Below are positions 50,688 through 63,404 of a stretch of DNA of 64,000 nucleotides, piece by piece. Position 1 is the first letter of the stretch; each line of letters opens with the position of its first letter. The DNA comes from Eledone cirrhosa (Eukaryota): assembly GCA_964016885.1 (NCBI GenBank), contig OZ024740.1, forward strand, positions 437,658,001 to 437,722,000. Direction: 5' to 3'. The notes beneath the pieces are model-generated. The model made no database searches and had not been told where the DNA came from. It worked only from the letters and a program-made list of their open reading frames with translations. The translations under genes were made by a program, and so were the position numbers.

Positions 50688-52034
50688 ATGTGTATACCTG
50701 TTTTGACAAGGTGGCTTCTTCATGGTCACTCAGCCTGCTAGAAATAGCAGCCAAATTTATCTCAAATTACACCCAGACATTTAAAAAAGGAATGAAACAC
50801 TGGATAATAGTTCTAATTTCTTCCTGAAAAATATAGGATGGTCACAGTTGGAACGCTTTCGATCATAAGTCTGCTAGACCATAATTGACCTGTGGCTAAA
50901 CAATACTATTAATATCCACAATTATCATCATCATCATATGTCCATTTTTCCACACTTGCATCAATTAGACAGGTTGTCACGTTATGAGATAATTCAGGTA
51001 AGGTGACCATGTTTTGCTCATATAAATCTGTAGTCTGGCTTGTTTTCTACAGTTGAGTGCCTTTCCTAACACCAACCATGTTGCAGTGTCGACTGGGTGC
51101 TTTTTTTGTTATGTCACTGGCATGACCACTTTACAGGGTGTACTGGGTATTTTGTTGTGTCACCAGATCACCATATGGAGTGGACTTTGCAAGGATTTTA
51201 TTTTTTAATGCATGGTTTTGCAGGAGAGATGTTTCAGGGTTGAAGAGTGAGTTGGGGGAAAGGGACAAATACACAAGTTTGACATAGGTGAGGTGCATTG
51301 GTTATTTAGCTGATGAGGGTATATAAGGGGGGTTATTAAGACTGGGGAGGGGTAAAGAGCAGAAGATTGGTGCAGACTAGTGCCTTCTACATGTTGTGCA
51401 CCTAGGAAGGTGAGTCTTGTGCAGTACAGCAAAACACAAGAGATCTCCGTAAAAAGATAATTGAGCCTCAATCGGTATCGATGATGAGTCAATGGAATAG
51501 CTCAAAGATTAAATTAACATGTTAGTGGTTAAGTATTCCTCAGACATGTACCCTCAACATAATTATCAAAGAGAATCAGCATGATATGACATGTGACAAA
51601 ACTGACTCTTTCAATTTCATGTACAGCCCTTCTGATGGGCTTCCAACCAGTTTCCATCTACTAAATTGTATTCATAAACTTTGAGTCAACCTGTGATCTA
51701 AGATGCCACACAATGGGACCCAATCTGGAACATTGTAACTGTGGGGTGAACTTCTTCACCATGTGGCCCTGCTATAAACCCCAATTAAGAGTAAAATTCA
51801 AATATCTAACACCTCCTCCCACACAAACAGAGTAACCCTTTCATTACTGTATTTCTGATGAGAAACTCTATTAGAGAATGTCTAAATAATTTTGAAAATT
51901 ATCAAGAATTTGGATTGATTTAGTAATATAACTTTCTCATTATCAAGCTGGTGTTCAGAGTGTAACTTAACAAAGTTTCTTATATAAAATTATGATGGAA
52001 GGTTTTTAGATAAATTTAGATACTTTAACCCTTT

Positions 52035-52665
52035 TGTGTGTAATAGTAATATACGCGACCGACAAAGCATAAATGAATTGAGAGAGAGACTGAGCATAAG
52101 AGGAATCAAATGCTGTGTGCAGGAGAGGCGGTTGCGTTGGTATGGACATATGATGCGTATGAAGGATGACAGCTGCATAAAAAGGTGCAGAGCACTAGAA
52201 GTCGATGGAAACCGTGGAGTGGGGAGACCCAAGATGACCTGGGTTGAGGTGATAAAAGCCGACTTTACCCAATTACCCCTCTCCAAGGCGATGACACACG
52301 ACCATGACCTCTGGTGTCACGCAGTAATACAGAGTACCCGACCTCCCATGGGTACAAGCTGAAGCATATAGACAATATGCCCCCACACACTCCCTCTGCA
52401 AGGTGATCGTGGAGGTGCCACGGCAAAAAAGCACCCAGCCCACACTGTAAAGTGGACGTGTAGGCGCCACAAAAAAGCACCCAGCACTCACTGTAAATGA
52501 GGTTGGTGTTAGGAAGGGCATCCAGCTGTAGAAATCAAGCCAAATCAGTTCCTGTATGAGCAAGGCATGGTCAGCCGACCAGACACTGCCCACAACAGGA
52601 CAACCCGTCTAACCCATGCTAGCGTGGAAGAACAGACGTAAAACGGTGATGATGATGATGATGAT
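52035..52665 (+). mobile_element. RTE LINE family B 3' end
   Basis: Matches 21343-21965. Confidence 0.95.
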
Positions 52666-52754
52666 TTTTAATGAGATATGCTCTATTTTAATTAATTAAT
52701 GAAGAATTTCGAGGGATTTACTAAAATTATTAATTATTTTATTACTAAGATGAA

Positions 52755-53175
52755 GGCTTAGTGGTTAGAGCATTGGACTTGCAATCAAAAGGTGAGTTCA
52801 ATTCTTGGACTGGATGATGTGTTGTTTCCTTGAGCAAGACACTTTATTTCACATTGCTCCAGTTTACTCAGCTGTAGAAATGAGATGAGAGGACTGGGAT
52901 CCTTATCGTTCCACTGCATAGTGGTTGTGTAAGTGCCACGGCAAAAAAGCACCCAGCCCACACTAAAGTGGACGTGTAGGCGCCACGGAAAAAAAGCACC
53001 CAGCACTCACTGTAAATGAGGTTGGTGTTAGGAAGGGCATCCAGCTGTAGAAATCAAGCCAGAATCAGTTCCTGTATGAGCAAGACAAGGTCAGCTGACC
53101 GGGCCATGCCCACAACAGGAAAACCCGTCTAACCCATGCTAGCGTGGAAGAACAGACGTAAAACGGTGATGATGT
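52755..53175 (+). mobile_element. CORE-like SINE with RTE family B-like tail
   Basis: tRNA-like head, CORE-like domain, and a tail very similar to 52410-52650. Confidence 0.85.
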
Positions 53176-53234
53176 GGCTTAATGTGAGGTTCTAATTATG
53201 TTGGAAGATTTTAGTTTAAATTGGAAACCTTTAA

Positions 53235-53442
53235 CCCTTTAGCATTTAAACGAGCTGTATCTGTCCAGAATTTTCTAACCACGTTCTGTTCAAGTCAGCC
53301 ATAACCTGCTGCTCATACTTATGTTAAGGTATTGCTCTCAAAATAAATAATATCAAAATCTTATAGATTCAATATTTTGTGAGATAAAGCCTTCACTGCA
53401 AAAATACAATAGTATATATAGAGTAATGTAAATGCTAAAGGG
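53235..53442. mobile_element. Complete 208-bp piggyBac-type MITE nested in another piggyBac-type element
   Basis: TTAA on both sides and 14-bp TIRs CCCTTTAGCATTTA / TAAATGCTAAAGGG. Confidence 0.85.
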
Positions 53443-54059
53443 TTAAAATGGGTGACTTTATTTCATAGAATCAGAGCTGATTGGTAACTAAAGTGTTAAA
53501 AGAAACATATTTGAATCATAAAACAAAGGGACAGTTTCAGGTAGTTTGGTATCAAACAGGTTAAGATACATTTTTCAAGAAAACACCACCTAAGTATGTT
53601 CTTTTTTCTTCCACTACCCCCCGTTTCTGTACCTCTTGACACCTGTGTATAAATTACATTTGATATTTATATTTTCTCAAGAAATAACAAATTCACTACT
53701 ATCTTCAAATTCATTTAAGATATGTATTTCTCTTGATTAAGTATGTTAATGTTTTATATCAGGTGTTGAAACTATCAGTTGTTCATTTGATAAGAGTATT
53801 TATTGGAAGATATCGTGAATTGAGAAAACTTCACCTTCTCTCTTTCCATTGTCATATTACCAATTGCTGATTAGTATTCCTAGAAGAATCACACATTACT
53901 GTATATATATATGTGTGTATATATATATATATATATACATACACACACACATATATATATCTGCATATATACATATATGTAAATTATATATATATATATA
54001 TATATATATAAACACACACACACATATATATATGCATATATACATATATATATATATAA

Positions 54060-54460
54060 ATATGGTGGCTGCCAACTCGTTTTCGAGTACGCCCACTACT
54101 TTATATCCATGTAGGAGAACCCCTACCGATGTGCTGAACGAGTGTGACTTTTTAATCCAGCCAGCGACTTGAAAACTCTGGTACAAAGACTACACCTGTG
54201 ACAATTATTGTCACATAGTGCTGGGCCCATGGTAACATGTGATGACAAGTGCAGAGAGCTCTCCAGATATAAAGCAATGCCTGTGCCGTGAAGCTTTTAC
54301 AGTGAGCAAAGGCACTGCACAAAGCCAGTCCCACTCTCTTAACCAAGATGATATTTACCAAAAGGAAGAACAATTCAACATCATTGGATACCATCAGAGT
54401 TGCAGGTGTTATATCAGAGTTTTCCTTCTCCTAGAACTCTGCCTTGACAAAGGCAGAATT
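54060..54460. other. ~400-bp unclassified insert between duplicated (TA)-rich flanks
   Basis: Both flanks share cacacatatatatatctgcatatatacatatatgtaaat...atgcatatat. A terminal hairpin aactctgcctt-gac-aaaggcagaatt is present. Confidence 0.45.
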
Positions 54461-54569
54461 ATATATATATATATACACACATATATATATATATCTGCAT
54501 ATATACATATATGTAAATATATATTTATATATATGCACACACACATATATATGCATATATATATATTAT

Positions 54570-55192
54570 GAAGGTGCATGGCTTAGTGGTTAGAGCATTG
54601 GGCTTACAATTGAAAGGTTGTGAGTTCAATTCTCAGACACTTTATTTCACATTGTTCCAGTTTACTCAGTTGTAGAAATGAGATGATAGGGACTGGGGTC
54701 CCTATCATTCCACTGCAAAGTGGTCGTGGAGGTACCATGGCAAAAAAAGTACCCAGCACTCACTGTAAATGGGGTTGGTGTTAGGAAGGGCATCCAGCTG
54801 TAGAAATCAAGCCAGAATCAGTTCTCATATGAGCAAGACAAGGTCAACTGACCAGACATTGCCCACAACAGGACAACCCTTCTAACCCATGCTAGTGTGG
54901 AAGAACGGACGTAAAACGGTGATGATAATGATATATGTATATATATACATGCATATATATATATATGCATCATCATCACCGTTTTACGTCCGTTCTTCCA
55001 CACTAGCATGGGTTAGAAGGGTTGTCCTGTTGTGGGCAGTGTCCGGTCGGCTGACCTTGTCTTGCTCATACGGGAACTGATTCTGGCTTGATTTCTACAG
55101 CTGGATGCTCTTCCTAACACCAACCTCATTTACAGCGAGTGCTGGGTGCTTTTTTTCCGTGGCGCCTACACATCCACTTTAGTGTGGGCTGG
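54570..55192. mobile_element. Tail-to-tail pair: CORE-like SINE (+, 54570-54930) and an inverted tail copy (-, 54968-55192)
   Basis: About 180-bp inverted arms around an AT-rich spacer. Confidence 0.8.
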
Positions 55193-55556
55193 GTAGTGAG
55201 ACATGGACAGCAACTGCAGAGGAAATGCGACGGCTGGAGAGAAATGAGGCATGAATGTGTTGTGAGAGAAACTGTGTCTGAGAGGGATAGAATGTAGTGT
55301 GCGAGAGAGGAGACTGCGGTGATATGGACATGTGATGCGGATTGAGGATGACCGATGGGTGAAGAAGTGCCAGGAAATGCCAGTTGAAAGAAGACGTGGT
55401 AGAGGTAGACCACGACAAACATGGGCAGGGGTGGTGAGAACAGACCTCAGATCGCTGAAGATCATGGTGGAGATGACGAAGGACCGTGACAAGTGGAGAG
55501 ATGCTGTGCTGAATAAGATCTGTCCCACCCTTGCAAGCAGGGAAAAGCAGACGTAA
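55192..55556 (+). mobile_element. RTE LINE family C 3' end
   Basis: SETW...EMRRLERNE...RRLR*YGHVMRIEDDRWVKKCQEMPVERRRGRGRPRQTW. Confidence 0.85.
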
Positions 55557-55715
55557 GGCACACAAGGCCCAGGTCTCACTGCCATGTAACATCGCTGTTC
55601 GTATGCAGGCATCATACAGCCTGCCTTTCATTTTTAGAGAGAAACCTTTAGTGTCCAATAGTGGTATAAGCTCTCTGAACTTTTTCCAAGCCGTTCTGAC
55701 TCTAGCTACAGTACT
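55557..55715 (-). mobile_element. RTE family A-like internal fragment
   Basis: STVARVRTAWKKFRELIPLLDTKGFSLKMKGRLYDACIRTAMLHGSETWAL. Confidence 0.85.
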
Positions 55716-55751
55716 CATATATATGCATATATATATATATATATATATATG

Positions 55752-56670
55752 TTGAAACAAAATGAAAACAAAATTTCATTTCTCACTCTTAGTATGGCAC
55801 TTACTTAAATGTAAGTATGCATGTATACGTACATACATATATGTATACAGACGTACAGTAGCATGCACATATATATATATATATATATATACATATATAC
55901 ATACATATGCATACAGGTACACATACATATATGCACGTATCAGTTTAGCGGCGCTAACGTCGCTTTGTTCGTTTGTAAACAAACTAAACAGCCTGAATTT
56001 ATGCCATACGGTGTTAAGGCAACCACGTCACCTTTTTGTTCAACACTGACACAGGAACGATGTACTAGTTTCAAGCTTGTTAGCATATATGTATGTGTAC
56101 CTGTATGCATATGTATGTATATATGTATATATATATATATATGTGCATGCTACTGTACGTCTGTATACATATATGTATGTACGTATACATGCATACTTAC
56201 ATTTAAGTAAGTGCCATACTAAGAGTGAGAAATGAAATTTCGTTTTCATTTTGTTTCAATTTATCGTTTTCGGTATGCCTGACCGATTTAACTCACTCAA
56301 TATACAAATTAGGCTGCTCAGCCGTTAATTTTCATAAGGAAAGTATATACTTTCGAACGTTCAACTATCTGGCAGATGGGTAAACGGTGCTGATGATAGC
56401 TAACAAGCTTGAAACTAGTACATCGTTCCTGTGTCAGTGTTGAACAAAAAGGTGACGTGGTTGCCTTAACACCGTATGGCATAAATTCAGGCTGTTCAGT
56501 TTGTTTACAAACGAACAAAGCGACGTTAGCGCCGCTAAACTGATACGTGCATATATGTATGTGTACCTGTATGCATATGTATGTATATATGTATATATAT
56601 ATATATATGTGCATGCTACTGTACGTCTGTATACATATATGTATGTACGTATACATGCATACTTACATAT
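55752..56670 (+). mobile_element. PLE-type non-coding terminal repeats in inverted and direct arrangement with an intact hammerhead
   Basis: 55752-56083 is an inverted copy of 56398-56668 and of 56083-56259. Confidence 0.75.
56383..56427 (+). ncRNA. Minimal type I hammerhead ribozyme, canonical core
   Basis: aacggtg-CTGATGA-t-agct-aaca-agct-t-GAAA-ctag-TA-catcgtt. Stem I is 7 bp and stem III is palindromic (actagt). Confidence 0.9.
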
Positions 56671-56742
56671 ATATATATGCATATATATATATATATAGTT
56701 ATAGGAATAACCAAAGAGTGCTTAGAAATACATTGTTTTATT

Positions 56743-56789
56743 AGCTAACAGTGTTTCATCCATACCCCATGGCCGGAATCATCAGAGCC
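56743..56789 (-). ncRNA. Minimal type I hammerhead motif
   Basis: Minus strand: ggct-CTGATGA-t-tccg...tgga-t-GAAA-c-act-g-TT-agct, followed by AATAAA. Confidence 0.65.
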
Positions 56790-56938
56790 TATAAACAAGA
56801 GTATATCAATAGTTGCATGCTCCATCAAGCTGCGTCACCGGAACAAGGTTAAAGGACCAGCAGGGGGGTCCCGAGGCCAGCGCTATGTGGAAAAAGACAG
56901 AATACATAATGTCATAAAATGTATTAAAAAATTACATA

Positions 56939-56969
<31 letters not shown>

Positions 56970-57627
56970 GCATATATATATATATATAGGAACAAATCTA
57001 CTACCCTAAGTATTGAGTACTTTGGTGCGTTATGGTCCACCTGGTTCCTTACCACATTTCCTTTGTTATATATATATGCATATATACATTTTTTGTATTC
57101 ATTAATTGTTAGATACGAAAGTTTTTGGTCGTATTGAACAGAACAAATTTTGTATTTTTGTTAATCGCTTGTTAAATGCAAGGACCCCATTCAATCATTA
57201 CCTTCTATCTCTTCTTCTTATAAATTCCTTAAATCTTAATCTAGCGTATTTTCAAACCTTAATTCCTAGCGTATTTTCAAACCTCAATTCCTAATTCTAG
57301 CGTATTTTCAAAACAAAAAACAAAATCCTTTCCTTCTTCCTTCTTTCGAAACTCTAAACTCCCGCTTCCTCGACCCCCACCCCCCTACTTCGCGAGGGCA
57401 TGGCGGTCAACCGCCCAATACTCACACACACATCATACGGCCACCCCCCAACCCTCTCTCTCTCTATATATATATATGATAGAAATTCACTTCGCCAAAT
57501 TTCATTGCTTTGCTGTCTAAACCACGATATTCATGTAACGTAATGTACATATTCTTCTTCATCTCTACCTCCACACTCCATATTTCGTATCAAGTCCAAA
57601 TAGCCAATCTATCGCTAAAACAATCTA

Positions 57628-60600
57628 CATTTTTTGTATTCATTAATTGTTAGATACGAAAGTTTTTGGTCGTATTGAACAGAACAAATATTGTATTTTT
57701 GTTAATCGCTTGTTAAATGCAAGGACCCCATTCAATCATTACCTTCTATCTAGCTACCCAACACCCCTCCCGCCCCCACGCACCACCATTGCTATTACGT
57801 GGACCAATCATAAGCCAGAGCCCCCACGCATCACCAGTATTATTATTACGCGGACCAATCATAAGCCAGAGGCCTATACTATCGCTTGCCTGGTTGCCTT
57901 TCGATATATGATGGATGGATGGACTGCGGAATCCTGGAGAGTGGAAGAGAGAGAGAAAAATCTGGACGCTCAGCGACAATGCCAAAGATAAAGATAAAGA
58001 CAAATTCACCTCGTGGACGAGAATGCGAGCACTCTTCATTGTTTCGACCGCAGACGGCTAACATAACCCCATCGCCCCCCGCCCCCACCGCCCCCAACCC
58101 CCAAACGCAATCCAAAACTTCAGAGTTGGTAACATAAATGTAGGCACCCTAAAGGGTCGCGCTAACGAGGTTGTAGAAATGCTTGAACGTAAGGAGGTCG
58201 ATGTTTGTTGTATTCAAGAGACCAGGTGGAGGGGTGGGTCTGCTAGATTCATTGAGGGTAAAAAACGATGTTATAAGCTTTTCTGGGTGGGAAACGACGA
58301 TGGGCTGGGTGGAGTAGGAATCATGGTAGCAGAAAAGTGGGCAGATAAGATAATAGACGTAAATAGAGTGAACGACAGAATAATTAAAATACGACTTGTC
58401 CTCAATAGAACTATGGTGACAGTAATATCTGCGTACGCACCCCAATCTGGACTGCCCGGCACTATAAAAGACAGATTCTATGAGACACTGATGCTAACTA
58501 CCTCCCAAATATCCGACAGTGACTATATAATTATTGCAGGCGACCTAAATGGTCACGTTGGACAACATTGTGACGGCTACAACGAAATCCATGGAGGCTA
58601 TGGGTTTGGTACTAGAAATGAGGAAGGCTCCAGAATCCTGGAATTCTGTGATGCAAATAACCTAACTATCTGTAACACTAACTTCAAAAAACGTGACAAT
58701 CACCTGATCACCTATAGATCCGGGGAACACACAAGCCAGGTAGATTATATCCTTACCAGAAGACGTGACAGAGTGTCTGTTGTAAACACTAAATCCCTCC
58801 CCCATGAAGAATGCACCTCCCAACATAGACTGATAATTAGCGACCTCATAGTCAGGACGAGACGTACTCGACAACAGAAGAGGACTATCCTCAGGAGAAA
58901 AATATGGAAGCTAAAGGACCCCACAGCCAGGAATAAATTTCAAAGCATATTACTTGATGCTTTCGACAGTAAGGAAGAACTTTTAGAGTCGGACAATATA
59001 GAGGGAGAGTGGGAATTTCTGAAAGCAAACCTGCTGTTGGCGACAGACGAAGTCTGTGGCTGGAGCAGGCCTGTAGGCAGGAGGAGAGTAACATGGTGGT
59101 GGAACAGTAAGGTGGAGGGGTCAATTAAGGCCAAAAAGCAGGCTTGGAAAGTATGGCGTGATGGGGGAAGTAGAGAAGACTATCAAGTGGCCAGGAGGGA
59201 AGCTAGGAGACAAGTGTACTTAGGTGGAGGGGTCAATTAAGGCCAAAAAGCAGGCTTGGAAAGTATGGCGTGATGGGGGAAGTAGAGAAGACTATCAAGT
59301 GGCCAGGAGGGAAGCTAGGAGACAAGTGTACTTAGCAAGAAGGGAAGCTGAGGAAAGAAAGTTCAAGCATGTTCTACAACGCGATGACCAAAAACGTGAG
59401 GTGTTCAGGATTGCTAGGCAATGCGTCAAGGAAAACCGTGATATTGTCGGGGAGAAGTGTGTACTAAACGACAATGGCACACTTGCCATCACCGACGCTG
59501 ATAAGAAGGTAGCTTGGAAGTGTCACTATGAAAGGCTACTAAATGAGGAGAATAAATGGGAGAAAGACAGTCTCCCCCATATCGACCCAATAGAGGTACC
59601 AGCAGTGTTAGTCGAGGGGAGTATGATAAGTAAGGCAATCAAGGATATGAAGACGGGTAAGGCGGCTGGGCCTTCGGAAATAGTTGCTGAGATGCTGAAG
59701 GCATCTGGCACGGTGGGACACACCATGGTCACCCGCATAGTTAACCAAGTCGTACAGAATGGGGTTGTTCCGAAGGACTGGCATAGCAGCATCATCGTTA
59801 ACTGTTATAAGGGTAAAGGAGACGCCCTAGATAGGAGTAACTATAGAGGCATTAAATTAATCGACCAGGTCATGAAGGTCACGGAAAAAGTAATAGCACA
59901 ACTAATCAAAGAGAGAATTGACCTAGATGAAATGCAGTTCGGGTTTGTGTCAGGCAAAAGTACCACAGACGCTCTTTTCATTGTATGACAACTACAGGAG
60001 AAGTACCTAGCTAAAGGTAAACCCCTCTACTTAGCTTTTGTCGACTTGGAGAAAGCCTTCGACAGAGTCCCCCGCTCCATTATCTGGTGGGCTCTTAGAA
60101 AGCTAGGCGTTGACGAATGGCTTGTGAGAGCTATACAAGCCATGTATAAAGAAACAGTCAGCAAGGTTAGAATTAACAACGAATATAGTGAAGAGTTTAG
60201 CGTAAAAGTTGGTGTCCATCTGTTCTCAGCCCCCTACTATTTATTATTGCCCTTCAGGTTATAACGGAGGAGTTCAAGACCGGCTGCCCATGGGAACTCC
60301 TATACGCAGACGACCTGACACTCATAGCGGAATCAATGGCCGAGCTAGAGAAGAAATTCCAAACATGGAAGCACGGCCTAGAATCAAAAGGCCTTAAAAT
60401 TAACCTGGCTAAGACTAAAGTTCTAGTTTGTAGGAAAGAAAATAAGGCGGCGGTCCCTTCAGGGAAATGGTCGTGCTCGGTGTGTAGGAAAGGCGTAGGT
60501 AGAAACTCCATTTTATGTCCTAAATGCAAAGTATGGGTGCATAAAAGATGTAGTGGGATCACAGGTAAGCTAACTAAGAACATAGATTTTACATGTGGCC

Positions 60601-61650
60601 GGTGCTCTGGTGCAATAAGTAGCAGCAAGTGCCCACAAAATACTAGCTCTTTCAATTGCGCAGAGGGTTCTATAGAAATAGTGGACAGCTTCCGTTACCT
60701 GGGTGATAAAATCAGCAGTGGGGGAGGGTGCTCTGAAAGTACAGTAGCTAGAGTCAGAACAGGTTGGAAAAAGTTCAGAGAGTTTATACCACTATTAGCC
60801 GCTAAAGCGTTCTCCCTAAAAATGAAAGGCAGGTTGTACGATGCCTGCATACGAACAGCAATGCTGCATGGCAGTGAGACCTGGGCATTGTGTGCAGAGG
60901 ATATACGCAGACTAGAGAGGAACGAAGCTTGCATGCTCCGCTGGATGTGTAACAGTAATATACGTGAACGGCAAAGCATAAACGAACTAAGGGAAAAATT
61001 AGAAATAAGAGGGATCAGATGTTGTTTACTCGAGAGAAGGCTACGTTGGTATGGACACGTGATGCGCATGAAAGTCGATAGCTGTATAACAAAGTGCAGG
61101 GCAATAAAGATAGACGGTAGCCACGGAATAGGCAGACCTAGAAAAACCTGGGACGACCTGATAAACTCTGACCTCACACACTTACACCTCTCCAAGACAA
61201 TGTCACTGGACCGAGACCTTTGGCGGTACTCTGTAACAGAGAAGACCCGCCTTACCTAAATACATAGTAATACCTACTACAACCAGTAGGCATCTCTAAC
61301 AAAATACCCCGTCCCACCACCCCCACCCCATCCACGCCACCCCGTTCTATGTAAAGTTGTGTTGGTGCCACACCATCCAGGCCGAAACAAATGAGATCGT
61401 GTGGGTGTCACGACAAAAAAACACACAGTCCACGCTGTAATGTGGCCGTGTAGGCAACACGGTAAAAACCTCCCAGACCCACACTGTAAATGTGGTTGGT
61501 GTTAGGAAGGGCATCCAACTGTAGAAAACCTGCCAGACAGTCCTATGCGAGCAAGACAATCACTCTTGCCTCAAGTGGGACTACCCCCGTCCAAACCCAT
61601 GCAAGCGTGGAACACGGACGTTAAACGTTGATGATGATGATGATGATGAT
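57628..61650 (+). pseudogene. Full-length RTE LINE family A copy, inactivated
   Basis: Nearly identical to 27211-30474 and includes the 3' UTR and (GAT)n tail. Lesions: 112-bp tandem duplication (59110/59222), CGA>TGA at 59986, and a 7-bp deletion in QGS near 60220. Confidence 0.95.
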
Positions 61651-61690
61651 ATATATATGGATATATATGTATATATATATGCATATATAT

Positions 61691-63300
61691 ATATATGCAT
61701 ATATATATATATTACTAAATCTAAGGACGATTTATTAAATAAACGACAGGAATTGATCATAGTCTGTAATCACTGTATACAAAAAACATTTAAATACTAT
61801 AAACCTAATTAAATATTCTAAATAGCAACTCACTATAATTCCGTATAGAATAACATTTATTAGTACCTCTTTCCCCTAATTATATGCTTTCATGCTTATT
61901 TTTGCCTTTTAATGTTTTAGCTTCCTTAGATTTATGTGTTAATGACTAAAGGCAACAAGATACACCACCACCCGTAATTGCATGAGTAAAAATATACATC
62001 TATGTATGATATGGAAATATATTTATGTGTGTGTATATTTGTGTATATATATATATGTATGTATATATGTTTATGTATGTGTATATATGTATATGCTTGT
62101 GTATGTATGTGTGTATGTGTATGTTTTTATATATGTATATGTATATATATGGATGTGTGTGTATATATATATATATATGTGTATATATATATATATATGT
62201 GTGTGTTTGTGTGTGTGTATATGTGAGTATAAGTGTATGAATGTTTATATATGAGTATGTGCACATGTAAGAGGAGTGTACATATACTCACACAAGTGTA
62301 TATATATGTGTGTATGTGTGTGTGTGTGTATGTATGTATGTATGAGTTTGTGTGTGTGTATATATATGTATGTGTATATGTATATATGGGGGTATAGATG
62401 TGTATGTGTCGATATGGATATGTATATATATGATTATATGCATGCGTGTGGATGTGTATTTAGGTTTGCATCTATTTGTACGTATGTATATTTTGGTTAG
62501 ATATTAATATAACTGAACCTCTCTCTATATATAGTGTGGATATATGCACTTTGTAGACTATGAAATTTATGTGTTTTAACTATGCCAACATGTACTTATC
62601 TGAGTTTGATTGTTTATGCATAAACATACTTAGTAATATTTTAGAGCGTATAATATGTTATATTATACTAAGTGCAATTTACTACACCATACTATATTGT
62701 GTTGGTTAAGTTGTATATTATCGCATTACTATATCTCATTATCTTATTATAATTTTCATCTTTTAATATACTATCTTTCCTAGCCATAACATTAATTTAT
62801 ATTCACCTTAAAACTCAATACAACACTAATCACCATTTATTTTGACATTCCTTTTAAATTCACTATACAAGATACATTCAACTATCAGTTTGACAATCCC
62901 CTTCGTTCCTAATAGATTTCTATGCCATTTCTACTAACACCCTTCAATCATTCCTTTCAAAGGGTCATGACCTCAACCAAAGTGTATTACTTTTCATCTT
63001 AACACCATATGAAAAAAACAATTTGATTCATTAGTTCTTCAACTACCTCCAAATAAGGACATGATACTAACATGCTACTAATTCTGAGTAAAATTATTAT
63101 TGAATAAAATTATTATTGCTTTTGAAAACAGCTGGTGATATGCATGTAAGTAAATATTCTCTCTATCTGATAGTTTGTAAACTTACGTAGATCAATGACT
63201 GAGTATAGATACAATGTATTATCACCATCTAGAAATGATCGTAAAGCAGTGAAGTATATCTCTAATGACTTGATTTTTTATTTCATTGTTTTAACTTATA
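61691..63300 (+). mobile_element. Penelope-like (Naiad-like) C-terminus plus presumed long 3' UTR
   Basis: 61691-61812 translates ITKSKDDLLNKRQELIIVCNHCIQKTFKYYKPN*. A degenerate HHR-like CTGAGTA-tagat...atcta-GAAA-tgatcg-TA lies at 63199-63243. Confidence 0.55.
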
Positions 63301-63404
63301 TGCATATATATATATATATACGTTATTCCGGGTTGAATCGGAGGTAACCACAAGAATGAAACAGTTCTAGTCCTGTAGAATCTCATCTATATATATATGC
63401 ATAT

